DNA of 48,617 nucleotides from contig JBKPNA010000149.1 of assembly GCA_046765695.1 (NCBI GenBank), positions 1 through 48,617 on the forward strand. The letters run 5' to 3'. A program made the translations under genes and the position numbers. Source of the DNA: Actinomycetota bacterium (GTDB lineage Bacteria > Actinomycetota > Actinomycetes > Propionibacteriales > Propionibacteriaceae). Below the pieces are notes generated by a model that had not been told where the DNA came from, did no database searches, and was given only the letters and a program-made list of their open reading frames with translations. This document shows positions 44,221 to 48,617 of the stretch, one piece after another (position 1 is the first letter of the stretch; each line of letters starts with the position of its first letter).

Positions 44221-47200
44221 TCAGTCGGGCCGGTTGGTGACCGACCAGTCGACTGCGGTCTCTGGCCGGTAGCTGCACCAGTACCCCGTCCGGATGGCGT
44301 TCTTCAGATGGCGTCCGAGCTCCGGATGAGCGTCGGCCGCCTGGCGGATGGCGGAACGGATGCGCCAGCCGACCGCGGACCGGGCCCGCTCAGCCGCAGA
44401 GCCCCCGGCCCGTGAGCGGCCGGACAAACCGAATGCCTCGGCCAGCTGCTGCACCAGGGCATCGAGCTCAGCCTCTGCCCGTTCGACGCGAACCGGGTCG
44501 TTTGCGCTGCGAGCGTCCTCGATGTCCTCGTGCAGCTCGCGGATCCGCGTTTCGTACGCCCGGCGGGCCTGGGAATCCAGCGCTGGGCCGGGGTCGCTGC
44601 CGACGTCCGCGCCGCCGATCAGCTCCAGGCAGTGCACCTCCCGCTCGGGCCGGGCCAGCAGCACGGCCAGGTCTCGCAGCCCCTTGCTGTCGCGCAGCCG
44701 GCGGCTACGGCCAGCGAACGTGACGGCCCAGGTTGCTCCCTCGCAGACCAACGCAGCCGAGCTCGCGCTCAGTTCCCTGGCCGGAACGACTGCTGCAGCC
44801 TCCTCGGCGAGCGGCGGCGGGTCGCCCACCAGACCGATCCGCAGGTGTGTTGCTCGGGCCAGGACCGCATACTCTTTGGCGTCGGCATGGTGGTCGAGGA
44901 AGCTCGCCAGCATGGCGAGGTACCACGCCACCGACCCGGTGCACGCAGCGCCAATGCCCTCGACGCAGCAGCGGTGGGCGTACGGCCGGAGCTGTTCGTA
45001 GCAGAGTGCCGCCAGGTCGCTGAACCCGGTGAGCACAGCCGCCTCCGCCAGCTGAGCCGTCTCCGGCAGCCACTCGGAGTCGCGAGGCCGGTCGGCGAGT
45101 CCAGCCGCTCGCCACTGCTCCAGCAGCACCCGTGCCTTGTCGCGCTCGCCGAGCTGCAGGGCGGCGACGGCGCGGGGCCCGGAAGTCACCGGCGGACCCG
45201 TGCCGTATCCGCCGAGGAGTTCGGACATCGCCGCGCCCGCCTGCTGGAATCGGCCTTCGTAGCGCTGCCGCACCCACCACTGAGTGAAGCTGAGGAACCG
45301 CGCGTTGTCGCTGTGAGCCGCGGCGACCGCCTCCGCGTGGGCGCATTCGCGGGCCGCCTCGACGAGGTCGGCACGCATCAATGCCCGCATCCCCCGCCAC
45401 AGCGGCACGTACCAGAGGTATAGCGGCTGCCGCAGCGGCTCCGCCGCCTGGGCGAAACGCCGGATCTCCAGGTCCGCCTCGCCGAGGTCACCGATTTCGA
45501 GCAGTGCGACCAGCCGCAGCCGCCGACCCAGCAGCTCCAGGCGCCGGTCGCCGGTGGACTGTCCGAGCCGGACGATCTCCGCCGACTCCTGCAGTCGGAC
45601 CTCGCACCAGTCGGGCCCGGCAATGCTGTCGCAGTGCGCAGCCAGAGCATGACCAAGTGCCGGCTCGTCGTCGACCTGCCGAGCCACCTCGACTGCCTCG
45701 TCGCTCAGCGAACGACGACGCGGCTCGGCATCGAGGAATGACAGCGCAACGGACAGTCGTGCCAACACCCAGGCTCGCAACGCAGAGGGCGTGGTGCCGA
45801 GTGCGGCCAGCGCCTCTTCGAGCAGCTGGACCTGAATGGGGTCTTGCATGGGCACCTCGAATCCGCCGAGACCCGCGCCGAACCCCAACGCTGCGGCGGC
45901 CAGCAGCTCGGCGTCCCCGCGGCTTCTGGCCAGGTCAGCGGCGTCGGTGAACGCGGCCCGTGCGCCGGCGAGATCTCCGGCCGCGACGTGTGCCTCGCCG
46001 CAACGAACGAGCAGCTCACCCACCCGCATGTCGTCGGGTCGGCCGGCGCGGAGCAGGTCGATCGCCCGCGCGTACCACGCGGCCGCATCCTCGTACGCGA
46101 GTACGTCAAAGCTGCTCTCGGCAGCTCGGATGGCAACCTCGGCGGTGTGACCGGGATCGGTTGACGACAGCCCGTGCAGGGTGTGGTGCGCCAGCTCCAT
46201 GACGTGGCTGTCGCCGTAGTGCTGCCCGATCACCTCCGCGACCCGACGATGCAGCCGTGCTCTGACCTCCGGTTCGGCGTTGGCGTACAGCACCTCCCGG
46301 ACCAGGACGTGCGCGAAGGTGATCGTGCCGTCGGTTTCCTGGTCGACCAGCAGGCGGGCGGCTCGGGCGGGCTGCAGGTCATGCTGCACCTGCTCCACGG
46401 ATCGACCGGTGACGGCCGCAAGCAGGGCAGGCTCGACGTCCAGGCCGATTACGGCGGCGGCGAGCAACAGATCGCGTACGTCTACCGGCAGCGCCCCGAG
46501 CCGACCGCCGACCGCCGCACGGACGCCGGTCGGTAGCCGTACCAACTCATCGCGATCGGCGGCCGATCCGGAGTCCTGGCTGCCGAGCAGGCGTACCAGC
46601 TCTCGCACGAACAGCGGATTGCCGCCGCTGCGCCGGTGCACCTGCGCCACGACGTCGGCCGCCGGCCCGGCGTCGCCCGCCAAGGCTCCGACGAGCTCGG
46701 CCACCTCGCCCTTGCTGAGCCCACCAAGCGTGACGTGCAACCCCTCCCGGGTGAGCTGGTCCAGGCCTTGCGCGAGCGGGTGTTCGGGGTTGAGATCGGT
46801 GTCACGGTAGGTACCGAGTATGGCCAGCCGGCGGTCCCGTACATCGCGGGCGACGAACTGGAGCAGCCGGATCGAGGCCTCATCTGCCCAGTGCAGGTCG
46901 TCGATGACCAGCACCAGCGGATCGGCCCGCGTGGCGGCAGCAAGCGTCTCGGCGACGCCGTCGAACAACCGGAAACGGGCTTCGCCGCCCAGGTTCGGCA
47001 CTTCGGCCGCCACGCCAGAACCGTCCCCGGACCCCAATGCGGCCAGCATGTCGAAGTCCCCGGCCTGCCTGTCCGGCAGCGTCCGCAGCAGCTGCCGCCA
47101 CGGCCAGAACGCCGGGGCGTCGTCGTCGGCCCAGCAGGCCGATCGCAGCACCGTCGCCGAGACGCGTGAGGTCACCTCGTTCACCAGCCGCGTCTTGCCG

Positions 47201-47322
47201 ATCCCGGGTTCACCGGCGACCAGTGCCAGCACGTGCTCCCCGAGAGTGGCCGCATCGATCGCCGCAGCAAGCTCGGCCAGCTGACGCTCCCGGCCGACGA
47301 AAGGGACGTGGCCAGGAAGCAT
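44221..47322 (-). CDS. Large STAND-like AAA ATPase/putative transcriptional regulator
   Basis: FVGRE, Walker A GEPGIGKT, Walker B LVIDDLHWAD, RSGGNPLFV.EL, F.H.LVRE; TPR-like helical middle; C-terminal domain DSKGLRDLA.LL..P.REVH...AERAR.AV..RIR...RTG.WCSY. Confidence 0.88.
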   Translation of the reverse strand: MLPGHVPFVGRERQLAELAAAIDAATLGEHVLALVAGEPGIGKTRLVNEVTSRVSATVLRSACWADDDAPAFWPWRQLLRTLPDRQAGDFDMLAALGSGDGSGVAAEVPNLGGEARFRLFDGVAETLAAATRADPLVLVIDDLHWADEASIRLLQFVARDVRDRRLAILGTYRDTDLNPEHPLAQGLDQLTREGLHVTLGGLSKGEVAELVGALAGDAGPAADVVAQVHRRSGGNPLFVRELVRLLGSQDSGSAADRDELVRLPTGVRAAVGGRLGALPVDVRDLLLAAAVIGLDVEPALLAAVTGRSVEQVQHDLQPARAARLLVDQETDGTITFAHVLVREVLYANAEPEVRARLHRRVAEVIGQHYGDSHVMELAHHTLHGLSSTDPGHTAEVAIRAAESSFDVLAYEDAAAWYARAIDLLRAGRPDDMRVGELLVRCGEAHVAAGDLAGARAAFTDAADLARSRGDAELLAAAALGFGAGLGGFEVPMQDPIQVQLLEEALAALGTTPSALRAWVLARLSVALSFLDAEPRRRSLSDEAVEVARQVDDEPALGHALAAHCDSIAGPDWCEVRLQESAEIVRLGQSTGDRRLELLGRRLRLVALLEIGDLGEADLEIRRFAQAAEPLRQPLYLWYVPLWRGMRALMRADLVEAARECAHAEAVAAAHSDNARFLSFTQWWVRQRYEGRFQQAGAAMSELLGGYGTGPPVTSGPRAVAALQLGERDKARVLLEQWRAAGLADRPRDSEWLPETAQLAEAAVLTGFSDLAALCYEQLRPYAHRCCVEGIGAACTGSVAWYLAMLASFLDHHADAKEYAVLARATHLRIGLVGDPPPLAEEAAAVVPARELSASSAALVCEGATWAVTFAGRSRRLRDSKGLRDLAVLLARPEREVHCLELIGGADVGSDPGPALDSQARRAYETRIRELHEDIEDARSANDPVRVERAEAELDALVQQLAEAFGLSGRSRAGGSAAERARSAVGWRIRSAIRQAADAHPELGRHLKNAIRTGYWCSYRPETAVDWSVTNRPD

Positions 47323-47363
47323 GCTCCATCCTGTCCTGGCGGCCGCCCTGGGTAGAAGTCAGG

Positions 47364-47429
47364 ATCTGCACCCTTTCCTTCGATCTGCACCGATTGCTAG
47401 CGGTGCAGACCGAAGGAAGGGGTGCAGAT
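47364..47429. repeat. Family C 66-nt palindromic element, copy 2
   Basis: ATCTGCACCCTTTCCTTCGATCTGCACC-N10-GGTGCAGACCGAAGGAAGGGGTGCAGAT. Confidence 0.88.
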
Positions 47430-47444
47430 TGCCGTGCGGTGTTT

Positions 47445-48617
47445 TCAGACGGGGTCCGCCCGGCGCAGCCGCGGGTCGTCCACCGCGAAGGTACGGATTG
47501 GGCCGGGAGGTGTGTCCCGGGTCTCGAAGCGAACGGTGACCCGGCCCAGTCCCGAACCCCAGACCCAGCCGCGACCGTGATCGTCGTGCTCCACGTCGAC
47601 TCCCGGCAGCCAGTCGCGCTGCAGCGGTCCAGCGGTGACAACCTGCTGCTCCACGACATCCAGCGGCTCGTCAGCTACCCGGTCCTCGCTGAACAGCTCC
47701 TGCTGCCGCAGGTCGGTGAGCCCGGCGACGCCGACGCCGAGCAGCCGTACCCCGCCCGCCACGTTGACCGCCCCGAGCAGCGCGGCAGCCACCGACCCGA
47801 TCTCCTCTGCTGCGTCAGTCGCTCCGGCGAGCGTGCGGGAGCGCGTGAACGTGGCGAAGTCCGGCAGCCGGACCTTGATCGAAACCGTGCGGGCGAACAA
47901 CCCGGCCGCGGCCAGCCGAGTGGCCACCTGCCGGGCCTGACGGTGCAGCACGGCCCGCAGCTCGGCCGGGGCGGTGAGATCGGTCTCGAAGGTGTCCTCG
48001 GCCGAGATCGACTTGGTCTCCCGCTCAGGCTCGACCGCCCGGTCGTCGCGCGCGTACGCCAGCTCCACCAGTCCCTGGGCGTGCGCGCGGCCGATGCTCT
48101 GCGCCAGTTCGTCCACCGCGTACCGCTGCACGTCGCCGACTGTTCGGATTCCGACTCGATGGAGCTTCTCGGCCGTGACCGGTCCGACGCCGGGTATCAC
48201 GCCGACCGGCATGGGGGCCAACAGCGCGACCTCGGCGCCGGGCTCGATGATCTGGCGGCCGTCCGGCTTGGCCAGCTCGGTCGCGACCTTGGCGATGAAC
48301 TTGGACGTGCCGACGCCCACGGACGCGGTCAGCCCGCCGGTCACCGCGACGACACGCGCCCGGAGCTCGTCCACCAGATCCGAGACCCCAGGAGTGCTGA
48401 GGTCCACGGGTCGACGGGCTGCCCGCAGGTCGACGAACGCCTCGTCCAGCGACAGCGGTTCGACCAGCGGCGACAGATCCCGCAGCAGATCCATCACCTG
48501 CGCGCTGACGGCCCGGTACGCGCCGAACCGGCCGGTCAGGAAGGCGGCGTGCGGGCAGCGCCGGCGTGCCTCGGAGACCGGCATGGCCGAGTGAACCCCG
48601 AACACCCGGGCCTCGTA
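47445..48617 (-). CDS. dinB: DNA polymerase IV (partial; 5' end outside the window)
   Basis: YEAR.FGV.SAMP, PLSLDEAF.D, SKF.AK.A....KPDG, KSIS.E.TF, RLLGV; clamp-motif-like QQELF; actinobacterial DinB1-type C-terminal domain. Confidence 0.96.
   Translation of the reverse strand, partial: YEARVFGVHSAMPVSEARRRCPHAAFLTGRFGAYRAVSAQVMDLLRDLSPLVEPLSLDEAFVDLRAARRPVDLSTPGVSDLVDELRARVVAVTGGLTASVGVGTSKFIAKVATELAKPDGRQIIEPGAEVALLAPMPVGVIPGVGPVTAEKLHRVGIRTVGDVQRYAVDELAQSIGRAHAQGLVELAYARDDRAVEPERETKSISAEDTFETDLTAPAELRAVLHRQARQVATRLAAAGLFARTVSIKVRLPDFATFTRSRTLAGATDAAEEIGSVAAALLGAVNVAGGVRLLGVGVAGLTDLRQQELFSEDRVADEPLDVVEQQVVTAGPLQRDWLPGVDVEHDDHGRGWVWGSGLGRVTVRFETRDTPPGPIRTFAVDDPRLRRADPV

Overview
A GC-rich actinobacterial chromosome segment. 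Gene content suggests Propionibacteriales/Nocardioidaceae, but that is an inference. It is mostly core metabolism: a histidine-utilisation cluster (hutF partial, M20 hydrolase, hutU, hutH, IclR regulator), a PrsW protease followed by two dynamin-like GTPases, ssb and ettA, fatty-acid genes, and a block resembling the M. tuberculosis Rv2464c-Rv2478c neighbourhood (thioesterase, glbO, ctaJ/ctaI-like, Rv2466c-like, rpiB, nei) with pyrR-pyrB-pyrC inserted. It also holds an RHH/Doc toxin-antitoxin pair, a GlnA4-type gamma-glutamylation operon, a large STAND-like ATPase and a partial dinB. I found no rRNA, tRNA, transposase, integrase or cas gene. The least explained signal is non-coding: two related 26-nt repeat families in short arrays of ~52-nt period at gene 3' ends. 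Two triplets of one family sit in inverted orientation around a self-promoted hypothetical gene (15684-16441). There is also a 66-nt palindrome present twice with compensatory changes. A second sequence-level oddity is that the GntR repressor of the glnA4 operon appears to have ACG in place of its start codon. All product calls come from motif recognition and recalled family knowledge; no searches were run.
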